Positions 17,851 to 25,735 are shown, counted from the stretch's first letter. The stretch is DNA of 25,932 nucleotides from a virus (IMGVR_UViG_3300048576_000282:1-25932), one strand, 5' to 3'. Made by a program: numbers and translations. The notes: generated by a model not told the origin, from the sequence alone.

Positions 17851-18678
17851 TTATCGCCTTGCGGGCATGAGTAAGCCCAGCCGCTTTTGCAGCTGGGCGA
17901 TGGGGGTGCCGGATGCTTCCGGCGGTGGGGGTGCAGCGGGAGGTCCGGGCGGACCGCCGCCCGGGTCCGGGTTGGTTTGCGCCGTCCCGCCCGAATCGTC
18001 GGGCCGGTTGGCCTGATCATCGTCAGGCAATACAGAAGATGTATGATCATCGCCCTTGATCGGGCGGGACGGCTGGAGTTTATGGCGGTTCAGCCAGGCT
18101 TGTACCTTGACTTCCGCCTCCGCGCGGTTCACGGTTCGCGGCTTTGTGGCGTTGACGGGGCCGGCTTCCCCTTCGGAAAGCCCGTCGATAAAGCCGTTTT
18201 CAAGCGCTGCGTTGGCGTCCATCCACGTGGTCGCCGTCATCATGGCTGCCAGCTCGTTGCGGCTCATCTTGCACCGGGTGCCGTAGATGTTGAGGATGCT
18301 TTCCTTGCAGGCTTTCAGAAGGCCGATCGCCTCCGACAGATCTCGCTCGTTTCCCCAGGCGAGCACACTCGGATCGTGGATCATGAAAAGGCTCCCCGGC
18401 GTCATCTCCAAGCGAGTGGCCGCCATGGCCAGCACGGTCGCTGCGGAGGCTGCGGTGCCGGAGATCGTGATGCGCACGCTTCCGGGATAGGCCCGGACGT
18501 CGTCGAACATCCGGGTGGCGGCGTTGCAACTGCCGCCGTAGCTGTTGAGCCGGATGTGCACCTCGTCTTTCATGTCGTTGTCGGCTCCATACAGCGCCTC
18601 GTGCAGGTTCGCCGGCGTGATCTCGTCGCCGAACCACACTTCCTCGTCGATGTAGCCGTTTAGAAGTAGCTCTCTCAG
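17851..18678 (-). CDS. ClpP-like prohead maturation protease
   Basis: LNSYGG, AASAAT (Ser), FMIHDP (His) and TTWM..A...GFID motifs; start proposed at CTG 18678. Confidence 0.92.
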   Translation of the reverse strand: MRELLLNGYIDEEVWFGDEITPANLHEALYGADNDMKDEVHIRLNSYGGSCNAATRMFDDVRAYPGSVRITISGTAASAATVLAMAATRLEMTPGSLFMIHDPSVLAWGNERDLSEAIGLLKACKESILNIYGTRCKMSRNELAAMMTATTWMDANAALENGFIDGLSEGEAGPVNATKPRTVNRAEAEVKVQAWLNRHKLQPSRPIKGDDHTSSVLPDDDQANRPDDSGGTAQTNPDPGGGPPGPPAAPPPPEASGTPIAQLQKRLGLLMPARR

Positions 18679-19892
18679 GGGATATCCCTCCCGTTCGTCG
18701 TCTGTGCCGCCGTAATGGGGACCATATTGCCATTGACCAGGTACGCATTGCCGCCGTCTTCATCGGACAGCGGGTTCAGGTTCTCAAGCGCGCGGATGTC
18801 ATTGGTGGACAACCAGCCATTCTGGCGCCCGATGGCGTAGCCCTCCATACGCTCCTTGTAGCTGCCCCGCATCAGGCCGTCGATGTTGAAGCGGACATAA
18901 AAAGAACCCTTCTCCCGCTCGGGGAAAAGAGCCCGATTCATGGACTGCTCGATCCGGACCAGCCAGGGGCGGATCGTGTGCGTCGCGAAGCTGATGGACT
19001 GGTGTTCGATGTTGCTGAATGTCGCGTGCTCCAGGTCGCCCACAAGGTGGGGCGGCACGCGGTAGATCCGGCAGATCTCCGCCACCTGAAATTTCCTGCT
19101 CTCCAGAAACTGCGCCTCATTGTTGGGCATGGAGATCCGCTCGAACTTGAGCCCCTCCTCCAGGATCGCCACCTTGCCGGAATTGGCGGAGCCGCCGTAG
19201 GCGGCGTGCCAGCTCTCCCGGAGCGCGGTCGGGTTCTTGACGGTGTTGGGGTGGGTGAGCACCCCGCTGGGGGTGGCGCCATTGGAAAAGAAGCGGCTGC
19301 CGTATTCCTCGGCCGCCATACCCAATCCGATCGCATTCTTCTCCAGCGCGATGGGGCTATAGCCCATGATGCCATCAAAGCCCAGTCCGGGGATGTGCAA
19401 GACGTCCTCCGGCCGCAGCCGGAAAACGCCGCCGTTCTGGGTCGTGTAATCGTACGTCAAAACCCCACCCGCATCCCGGTCCACCTGCATCTTCTCCGGC
19501 AGCAACGGGTACAGGCCCAGGATCTGTCCGCGCCCGTTCCGGAGGATCTGGCAGTAGGCGTTGCCCCAGAGCAGCAGGTGGGAAAGCATCGTCTCCCGCA
19601 AAATGAACGAGGTCATCTCATGGTTGGGCTCGTCGTGCAGGAGGCGGTAGAGGGGGTGATTGATCGCCTTCTCACTGCCTGCTTCCGTGTACCGGTAGAC
19701 GTGCAACGGCAAGCTGGCCACGGTCTCCGCAATCACGCGCACGCAGGAATACACCGCTGTCATCTGCACTGCCGTTCGCGGATTCACAGACTTTCCGGCC
19801 GCGCTGCCCCCGAAGTAGAACGCCATGGCGGGGCTTACGCTATTCTCCGGCTTGTCCCGCGAACGGAATAGCCAGGTGAATGGGTTGTTCAT
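18675..19892 (-). CDS. Portal protein, HK97 family
   Basis: AVYSCVRVIAETVASLP, LLLWGNAY, QFLESRKFQ and ATFSNIEHQ motifs. Confidence 0.97.
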   Translation of the reverse strand: MNNPFTWLFRSRDKPENSVSPAMAFYFGGSAAGKSVNPRTAVQMTAVYSCVRVIAETVASLPLHVYRYTEAGSEKAINHPLYRLLHDEPNHEMTSFILRETMLSHLLLWGNAYCQILRNGRGQILGLYPLLPEKMQVDRDAGGVLTYDYTTQNGGVFRLRPEDVLHIPGLGFDGIMGYSPIALEKNAIGLGMAAEEYGSRFFSNGATPSGVLTHPNTVKNPTALRESWHAAYGGSANSGKVAILEEGLKFERISMPNNEAQFLESRKFQVAEICRIYRVPPHLVGDLEHATFSNIEHQSISFATHTIRPWLVRIEQSMNRALFPEREKGSFYVRFNIDGLMRGSYKERMEGYAIGRQNGWLSTNDIRALENLNPLSDEDGGNAYLVNGNMVPITAAQTTNGRDIP

Positions 19893-19915
19893 CGCCACCT
19901 CCAAAATATGGACAC

Positions 19916-19947
19916 AAGAAAAGGCACCTCATTGCTGAGATGCCCTT
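19916..19947 (-). terminator. Intrinsic terminator between TA moron and portal
   Basis: Minus strand AGGGCATCTCA-GCAA-TGAGGTGCCTT then TTCTT; GNRA loop. Confidence 0.85.
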
Positions 19948-19976
19948 GCTTCATAATGCTTTTGAGCTGGTTTCCA

Positions 19977-20186
19977 TCATTTCTCTCCGCGGTATCGGAT
20001 GATCGGAACCTGCTTCGCTTTGCCGCCGACAATTCTTCGGTCCAATGCAAAGATCATATCTTCGGTCCTTTCAAAGTAGCCGACATCCTTTTTCCAGCTT
20101 ACTCCGCATCCGCAGTGCTGCAGACCAATGAACTGCTGCTTCATCTTTTTGCCGCAGTGTGGGCAGACTTTGTTACTTTTTCCCAA
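19977..20186 (-). CDS. Small basic Zn-ribbon hypothetical protein (69 aa)
   Basis: CPHC...HCGCG motif; TTG start with GGGAG RBS; lower GC than flanks. Confidence 0.75.
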   Translation of the reverse strand: MGKSNKVCPHCGKKMKQQFIGLQHCGCGVSWKKDVGYFERTEDMIFALDRRIVGGKAKQVPIIRYRGEK

Positions 20187-20209
20187 TGTTCTCCCACCTA
20201 TATCGGTTG

Positions 20210-20527
20210 CTACAATTCCCTGAGGTAGTCCTTCGCGAAGTAGACGACGCGCATCACGTTCAGCTTGCGCTTTTCGTCATCCGGGATATATAGCACGAGA
20301 TAGTTCGACACGATCAGTTTCCGATACCCCTTCTGCTGGAGCAACTCATCATTGACGGACGGCGCCGCATAGGGGAAAGTGCACGCCGCGATGATCGCTT
20401 CTTCAATCTCGTTCAGCAACCGGATGGCGCTGTCTTTTGCGGAAAGCTGAACCGCGATATACTCCGCGATGCCGTCCAAGTCCCGTATTGCAGACGGCAT
20501 CAGCTCGTAGGCGTAGGGTTCACTCAT
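20210..20527 (-). CDS. Type II toxin, RelE/ParE family
   Basis: AIRDLDGIAEYIA, FPYAA, YRKLIVSNYLVLY and VMRVVY motifs; overlaps antitoxin by 8 nt. Confidence 0.9.
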   Translation of the reverse strand: MSEPYAYELMPSAIRDLDGIAEYIAVQLSAKDSAIRLLNEIEEAIIAACTFPYAAPSVNDELLQQKGYRKLIVSNYLVLYIPDDEKRKLNVMRVVYFAKDYLREL

Positions 20528-20774
20528 ACTTTGCCCTCAAAGCGTTGAAGGCCGCCTTCCCATCCACGCCCTTGCCTTCGGACAGTTCATGCTCGGCTTC
20601 CATCAGTTTCCGGTAGACGTCCGCCACTGCCAGCGTCCGCTCATAGGTTTCGATGCTCATGACCACCATATCGCCGTACCCGTTCTTCGTGATGAAGATC
20701 GGCTCCCGGCTGCTCTTGCAGCGCTCACTGATCACATTGGTATTGCGCAGATCCCGGATCGGAACAATTTGCAT
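20520..20774 (-). CDS. Type II antitoxin, Phd/YefM family
   Basis: IVPIRDLRN and EPIFITKNGYGDMVVMSIETYE motifs. Confidence 0.93.
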   Translation of the reverse strand: MQIVPIRDLRNTNVISERCKSSREPIFITKNGYGDMVVMSIETYERTLAVADVYRKLMEAEHELSEGKGVDGKAAFNALRAKYE

Positions 20775-20800
20775 AGCCACACCTCCCAGTCTCGATCACG

Positions 20801-20834
20801 GCACGATTGTAGCACAATTATGCCGGGATGTCAA
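20801..20834 (-). promoter_or_regulatory. TA promoter with overlapping operator palindrome
   Basis: TTGACA (20834..20829), 17-nt spacer, extended -10 TGC-TACAAT (20811..20806); inverted repeat GCA-NN-ATTGT-NNN-ACAAT-NN-TGC covers the -10. Confidence 0.85.
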
Positions 20835-20888
20835 GGGCATGACCGGCGACGCGCCGGCGATGCGAGAAGGGCTTCGCAATGCCACAAA

Positions 20889-21215
20889 TTATAGCCCGCC
20901 GCCGGTCTTCCTGTCGTGGCAGGCCTTGCAGAGCGGCTGCCAATTCGACCGGTCCCAGAACAGCCGCTCATCGCCTCTGTGGGGGACGATGTGATCCACC
21001 ACGGTAGCTGGCGTCAGCCGGTTCTCTCGCAGGCATTCGGCGCAAAGCGGGTGTTTCTTGAGGAATAGCGCCCGCACTTTTCGCCAACGTCCGTCGTAGC
21101 CGCGCTGGGCAGCCGTTTCGCGGGCGTACAGCGTGCGATGCTGTTCGCAGTACGGCCCGTCGCTGAGGCCGGGGCAGCCGGGATGCCGGCAGGGGCGTTT
21201 GGGCGTTCTTGGCAT
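20889..21215 (-). CDS. Terminase-associated HNH endonuclease (HK97 gp74-like)
   Basis: PLCAEC, VVDHIVPHRG and NWQPLCKACHDRKT motifs; N-terminal Cys cluster. Confidence 0.93.
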   Translation of the reverse strand: MPRTPKRPCRHPGCPGLSDGPYCEQHRTLYARETAAQRGYDGRWRKVRALFLKKHPLCAECLRENRLTPATVVDHIVPHRGDERLFWDRSNWQPLCKACHDRKTGGGL

Positions 21216-21223
21216 CACGAACC

Positions 21224-22783
21224 TCAAATAAAGAGCAATCCTCGGTCACTGTCGTACACGCTGCCGCCCGATCCTTGGTTTTTCATCGCCCGGTCCAGCG
21301 CCATCACCAACGCAACAGCGCCGTCCACCTTCTCGGTGGACTTTTCTTTGTCGATTTTCTGATTCCCCGCGGGATCAGTACGGACGAAGGCGTTATCCAT
21401 GTTCCAGCGAAGGACCGGGTGTCCGCCATGGGCCAGACGACGCTCCAGGACGATGCGCATCAACTCTTTGGTCGGGGGACTCATATCCCTGAACCCCTGG
21501 CCGAACGGGATCATGGTGTACCCGTCGTCCTCCAGCGCCTGCACCATCATGGTGGCGTTCCACCGGTCATAGGCGATTTCCCGGATGTTGTACCGCTCGC
21601 CCAGGCGGACGATGAACTGCTCAATGGCTCCGTAGTGAACAACGTTTCCCTCGGTGGTCATCAGAAACTCCTGCGCCTTCCACACGTCGTACATCACGTG
21701 GTCGCGCCGCACCCGTAGGTCCAGCGTCTCCTCCGGAAGCCAGAAGAAGGGCAGTACGAAGTACGGCTCCTCCTCGCTCTGCGGCGGGAACACCAGCACG
21801 ATGGTGGTCAGGTCCGATGTGGAGGAGAGGTCGAGACCCGCGTAACAGGCCCGGCCCTCCAGTGCCGTCGCGTCCACCGCGCCGCCGCACTCGTCCCACC
21901 GGTCCATGGGCATCCACCGCACCGACTGCTTGACCCACTGGTTCAACCTCAACTGCCGGAACATGTTCTCGTCGGCGGGGGTCTCCAAGGCTTTCCGGTA
22001 GGCATCGCGCACCTTATCGATCGTAATCGTGTGCCCCAAAGAAGGGTTCGCCTTGTACCAGTTGCGCTCGTCCTGCCAATCGTCGCCGTCCGAAAGGCCA
22101 AACACCACCGGATAGAAGCGGGGATCCCGTTTCCGCCCCTCGAGGATGTCTACGGCTTTCTGATGGACCTCCCAACAGATGCTGGTCCGGTCGGTGCCGG
22201 CGGTGGTCAAGAAAAACCACAGCGGCTGCGCCCGGGCGTCGCCGGAGCCCTGGGTCATCACGTCGAAAAGTTTCCTCGTAGGCTGGGTGTGCAGCTCGTC
22301 GAAGATACAAGCCGATACATTCAAGCCGTGCTTGGTCGCGACTTCCGACGACAGCACCTGGTAGATGCTTCCGGTGGGATCGTAGATCATGCGCTTGGTG
22401 GACGGGATGATCCGGATGCGTTTCATGAGCGCGGGACTCTGTTTGACCATGTCCACAGCGACATCGAATACGATGCTTGCCTGCTGGCGGTCGGAAGCGC
22501 AGGAGTACACCTCCGCGCGCCATTCATCGTCGTTGGTCAGCATGTTGAGCGCCAGCGCCGCGCCCAGTTCGCTTTTACCCTGCTTTTTCGGAATCTCGAT
22601 ATAGGCCTGGGTGTACTGCCGGATCTCCGGCTTCTCGTCCCGCACGGTGCCGAACACGTCCGAAACGATCTGCCTTTGCCAGGGGAGCAGCATGAACTGC
22701 TTGCCATGAAACTCGCCCTTCGTGTGCTTCAAGCACTCAATGAAGCCCAGTGCGCGCTGAGCTTTGCGCTCATCAAACGCCAT
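21224..22783 (-). CDS. terL: Terminase large subunit (Terminase_1 type)
   Basis: Walker A IPKKQGKS, Walker B IFDELH, nuclease motifs GLDLS and KVDGAVA. Confidence 0.97.
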   Translation of the reverse strand: MAFDERKAQRALGFIECLKHTKGEFHGKQFMLLPWQRQIVSDVFGTVRDEKPEIRQYTQAYIEIPKKQGKSELGAALALNMLTNDDEWRAEVYSCASDRQQASIVFDVAVDMVKQSPALMKRIRIIPSTKRMIYDPTGSIYQVLSSEVATKHGLNVSACIFDELHTQPTRKLFDVMTQGSGDARAQPLWFFLTTAGTDRTSICWEVHQKAVDILEGRKRDPRFYPVVFGLSDGDDWQDERNWYKANPSLGHTITIDKVRDAYRKALETPADENMFRQLRLNQWVKQSVRWMPMDRWDECGGAVDATALEGRACYAGLDLSSTSDLTTIVLVFPPQSEEEPYFVLPFFWLPEETLDLRVRRDHVMYDVWKAQEFLMTTEGNVVHYGAIEQFIVRLGERYNIREIAYDRWNATMMVQALEDDGYTMIPFGQGFRDMSPPTKELMRIVLERRLAHGGHPVLRWNMDNAFVRTDPAGNQKIDKEKSTEKVDGAVALVMALDRAMKNQGSGGSVYDSDRGLLFI

Positions 22784-22784
22784 G

Positions 22785-23267
22785 CTACCATTTCCCCTTG
22801 AGCAGCCGTTCCATCGGATCGTCAGCCTGTGAACCGTCCGAGCCTGCGCCGCCGGCGATGATCCGGGCACGGGTGGCGGGCGTCAGCCCGAACTCCGTGC
22901 AAAAGGACTGCATGATCTTCAGGTTCTGCTGCGCGATGGACACCTGCGGTACCTGCTGCACGTACCCGGAGGGCGTTTTAAAGATGCTCCCGTGTTGCGT
23001 AATAAACTCTTCAGCCTCCTTCCACCGCGCGAACGCCTGGCAGTAGCCGGCGAAGGCGGTCAGGTCGGCCATGGTGAGAACGCCCATCGCTTCCAGGGAG
23101 GGCGCCAGCCGCTTCCACTCTTTCTTCGCTTCCGGCATCAGCCAGCCGGGGCACTTGATTTCACCCTTAGGCGGCACCGGCTCCCGTTCGTTGAGCGGGC
23201 GCTTGCCAGGATTGCCTTCCAACAGCTTCAGCGCGGTGGGTTTGGGTTTTCTGCCCCGGGTCGCCAT
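22785..23267 (-). CDS. terS: Terminase small subunit, P27 family
   Basis: GRKPKPTALKLLEGNPGKR and EFGLTPATRARI motifs. Confidence 0.95.
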   Translation of the reverse strand: MATRGRKPKPTALKLLEGNPGKRPLNEREPVPPKGEIKCPGWLMPEAKKEWKRLAPSLEAMGVLTMADLTAFAGYCQAFARWKEAEEFITQHGSIFKTPSGYVQQVPQVSIAQQNLKIMQSFCTEFGLTPATRARIIAGGAGSDGSQADDPMERLLKGKW

Positions 23268-23295
23268 ACGGCGCACCTCCTTTCTAAAAGTGGGC

Positions 23296-23328
23296 AGAGA
23301 AAAACCGCCATGCGTGCGCACAGCGGCT
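23296..23328 (-). terminator. Intrinsic terminator upstream of terS
   Basis: Minus strand AGCCGCTGTGC-GCAC-GCATGGCGGTT then TTTCTCT. Confidence 0.8.
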
Positions 23329-23364
23329 ATGATCGTTGTGAGAATGGGTCCCTTGTGATTTCCC

Positions 23365-24093
23365 CTACTTTTCAGGGGAAACCGGCTCCTCCGCGATGTA
23401 CCGGTTGGAGCCGTTGCCGGGGATGCCCCGCATCAAGAGCTTCCGGGCGTCCTTGTACTCGTCGCCGATGAACCCCAGCCGGAGCAGGAAGCACCGGAAG
23501 GCGTACTTCGGGTTGTCCGTCTCCCTCTCCGTCAGCACCACGCGCTTCTGCTGCTTCGCCATCTTGATCAGCGCGGCGATCAGCAGCGCGCAGGCATTTA
23601 TCAGCTCGCTGGGCGCGGTACCCGGCAGCCAGGGGAAGCGCAGCGCATCTTCGGTCTCTTCAATGGACAACTCGCTTACCTCCAGCGCCTTGCGGATCAG
23701 CCAGCCTTTGCCCTCGATCAGCCGTTTCAGGTTGGCGACCGCCGTCCCGTCCATGTCGTCCTTCGGGAAGATGAGCACGATGCTGTCCGCGCTGGGAATG
23801 CTCATGCAGGCGGCGAGTTCTTTTTCGGTGGGCGGCTCCTCGGGTTCGGCCCAGGCGTCGCCCTGCTGCAGGAAGCCCCGCGCCCGCAACGCAACCAGCA
23901 GCGCCCCGATCTCCTTGTGGTCCGCGAAATCGTCCGTTTCCACGCTGCCGTCCTTGAGCACGCTGTAAGGGCCGACCTGGTACTGGAACCCTGGCGCGCC
24001 CTTGTAGGCAATCTGCTCACCTGTCGCCTCGGAGATCGCATTCACCAGCACTTTACGCCGCTCACCCGTCATGCCCTCGAATTGAATGGTCAT
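23365..24093 (-). CDS. Conserved clostridial-prophage accessory protein (often labelled virulence-related protein); function unknown
   Basis: YKGAPGFQYQVG N-terminus and DNPKYAFRCFLLRLGFIGDEYKDARKLL C-terminus; GGAGG RBS. Confidence 0.75.
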   Translation of the reverse strand: MTIQFEGMTGERRKVLVNAISEATGEQIAYKGAPGFQYQVGPYSVLKDGSVETDDFADHKEIGALLVALRARGFLQQGDAWAEPEEPPTEKELAACMSIPSADSIVLIFPKDDMDGTAVANLKRLIEGKGWLIRKALEVSELSIEETEDALRFPWLPGTAPSELINACALLIAALIKMAKQQKRVVLTERETDNPKYAFRCFLLRLGFIGDEYKDARKLLMRGIPGNGSNRYIAEEPVSPEK

Positions 24094-24179
24094 GGGAATC
24101 CCTCCTGCAGATGTTTCCGTCCCATACATCCCTCTTTCGGGGCGAAATGGCAAGCTAAATCACGGAGTTCATCCGTAGA

Positions 24180-24197
24180 AGAACCGGCGCCGGTTCT
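24180..24197. promoter_or_regulatory. Perfect 18-bp palindrome (operator or weak terminator)
   Basis: AGAACCGGCGCCGGTTCT in the intergenic gap. Confidence 0.5.
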
Positions 24198-24204
24198 GGT
24201 GGAT

Positions 24205-25482
24205 TTACACTTCTTCCGATGCCGGGGCCGGATTCACTTCCTCATAGGACAACTCCACGCCGCCGCGCAGCACTTTCACCCCGGTGGTTGCGCCGAACTG
24301 CTCGATGGCCCGGAGTACGATGACGGAGGCATACTTGGGATCCAACTCCATCGTGTGACAGATCCGGTCGGTCTGCTCGCAGGCGATGAGCGTGCTGCCC
24401 GAGCCGCCGAACAGGTCCAGTACCACGCCGTTGGGGGCGGAGCTGTTCTTGATCGGGTAGGCCAGCAGAGGGACTGGCTTCATCGTCGGGTGCTGCTCGC
24501 TGCGCTTGGGCTTGTCGAAGTTCCAGATGGTTGATTGCTTACGGTCGGAGAACCAGCGGTGTTTGCCGTTCGGGAGCCACCCAAACAGCACCGGTTCGTG
24601 CTGCCACTGGTAGGGGCTTCTACCCAGCACAAGCGACTGCTTCACCCAGATGCACACGCCGCTGATGTGGAAACCCGCGTCTTTGAACGCGCGGCGAAAG
24701 TTGAGCCCCTCCGTATCTGCGTGGAAGATGTAGGCGGAAGCGCCCTCCGCCATGTGCGCGGCTATGTTCCTGAAGGCCGCCAGCAGGAATTCATAGAACG
24801 CGCCGTCCGCCATGCTGTCGTTTTGGATGGTCTTGCCGTCCTTGCTTTCATAGCCGACATTGTACGGCGGGTCCGTCACCACCAGGTTGGCCTTGACCGG
24901 CCCGGCGCTGCCGGAGGCCATGAGCCGCGACACGTCCTCCGGATTGGTCGCGTCGCCGCAGAGCATCCGATGCCGTCCCAAGATCCATACGTCGCCCGGC
25001 TGCACGAAGGGCGTGATGGTTTCGGCGTCCAGGTCGCAGCCGTCATCCTTGACATCCTTGTCGTGAACCTTGGAGAATAGCTCGTCGATTTCGGCGGCGT
25101 CGAAGCCCGTCGCGCCCAAGTCATAGCCGTTCTGCTGCAGATCGGTCAGTAGGTCGGCCAACGCCACCGGCTCCCATTCGCCGACTGCCTTGTTGAGCGC
25201 GATGTTGAGCGCCTTCTCATCCGCGGGGTTCTCGATATGCACCACAACGCAGTCGATCTCCGCGGCGCCCTCCGCTACCAACACCTTGTACCGCTGGTGG
25301 CCGCCCACGATGTTCCCGGTGACCTCGTTCCAGATCACGGGGTCCACGTACCCAAAGTCGTGGAGAGAGCGCCGGATCTTCTCATACGCCGGATCACCGG
25401 GCTTCAGGTCCTTTCGGGGGTTGTATTTCGCGGGCTTCAGCTTCTCCACCGGGATCCGCTGCAGGTTCATGCTCGTGTTCAC
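24205..25482 (-). CDS. ParB-like N-terminal domain + N4/N6 DNA methyltransferase (beta class)
   Basis: LKPAKYNPR and IVGGHQR (ParB/Srx); TDPPYN precedes HPTMKP and DLFGGSGST; GTG start with GGAGG RBS. Confidence 0.93.
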   Translation of the reverse strand: MNTSMNLQRIPVEKLKPAKYNPRKDLKPGDPAYEKIRRSLHDFGYVDPVIWNEVTGNIVGGHQRYKVLVAEGAAEIDCVVVHIENPADEKALNIALNKAVGEWEPVALADLLTDLQQNGYDLGATGFDAAEIDELFSKVHDKDVKDDGCDLDAETITPFVQPGDVWILGRHRMLCGDATNPEDVSRLMASGSAGPVKANLVVTDPPYNVGYESKDGKTIQNDSMADGAFYEFLLAAFRNIAAHMAEGASAYIFHADTEGLNFRRAFKDAGFHISGVCIWVKQSLVLGRSPYQWQHEPVLFGWLPNGKHRWFSDRKQSTIWNFDKPKRSEQHPTMKPVPLLAYPIKNSSAPNGVVLDLFGGSGSTLIACEQTDRICHTMELDPKYASVIVLRAIEQFGATTGVKVLRGGVELSYEEVNPAPASEEV

Positions 25483-25512
25483 GGCTGTCCTCCCTGATTA
25501 TCGCTAAGCATC

Positions 25513-25537
25513 AAAAAAGCCGCCCGAAGGAGCGGCT
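25513..25537 (-). terminator. Intrinsic terminator between cos-like region and first gene
   Basis: AGCCGC/GCGGCT stem enclosing C-TTCG-G, followed by a run of six T. Confidence 0.85.
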
Positions 25538-25558
25538 GAGTTCATTTAGGGGCGCTGA

Positions 25559-25646
25559 CCCCCACCCCCGGAATATCGCGAAAATTCACGCGAGAGGGGG
25601 CCGCGGTCTCCGGCAAGGGATCCCCAGAGATTCGATCCCCCCTCCC
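25559..25646. other. Candidate cos packaging region
   Basis: GC-only 11-mer GGGGGCCGCGG flanked by GAGA/TCTC; adjacent TCGCG-N8-CGCGA; two GATCCCC direct repeats; upstream of terS in a phage with P27 TerS and HNH. Confidence 0.6.
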
Positions 25647-25647
25647 T

Positions 25648-25725
25648 GGCACACTTCTCCGGAGCGAAGTGCGAAAGTCCGGCGCGCCGGTGGGACTTCT
25701 CCGAAGCAAAGGGGAGAAGTGTGCC
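25648..25725. repeat. 13-bp perfect inverted repeat enclosing nested inverted repeats
   Basis: GGCACACTTCTCC (25648-25660) / GGAGAAGTGTGCC (25713-25725); inner AAGTCC/GGACTT and CCGGCGCGCCGG. Confidence 0.8.
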
Positions 25726-25735
25726 CGCCGGAACC

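Noticed and set aside
17838-18050. N-terminal extensions in the ORF track for capsid (similarly terL, terS, gp6, Dit)
   Set aside because: They overlap upstream genes or terminators; downstream starts have proper RBSs and family-typical N-termini.
20843-20857. CCGGCG/CGCCGG dyads here, at 24184 and at 25679 as a shared operator
   Set aside because: Spacing differs between sites and the hexamer is very frequent in this GC-rich sequence.
23365-24093. Virulence function for the accessory protein
   Set aside because: The label is a propagated annotation; nothing in the sequence supports it.
222-25507. Many long plus-strand ORFs (e.g. 4760..6106, 11546..12604, 16995..17870, 18978..19871)
   Set aside because: Antisense shadows of GC-rich phage genes; no recognisable motifs or supporting signals.
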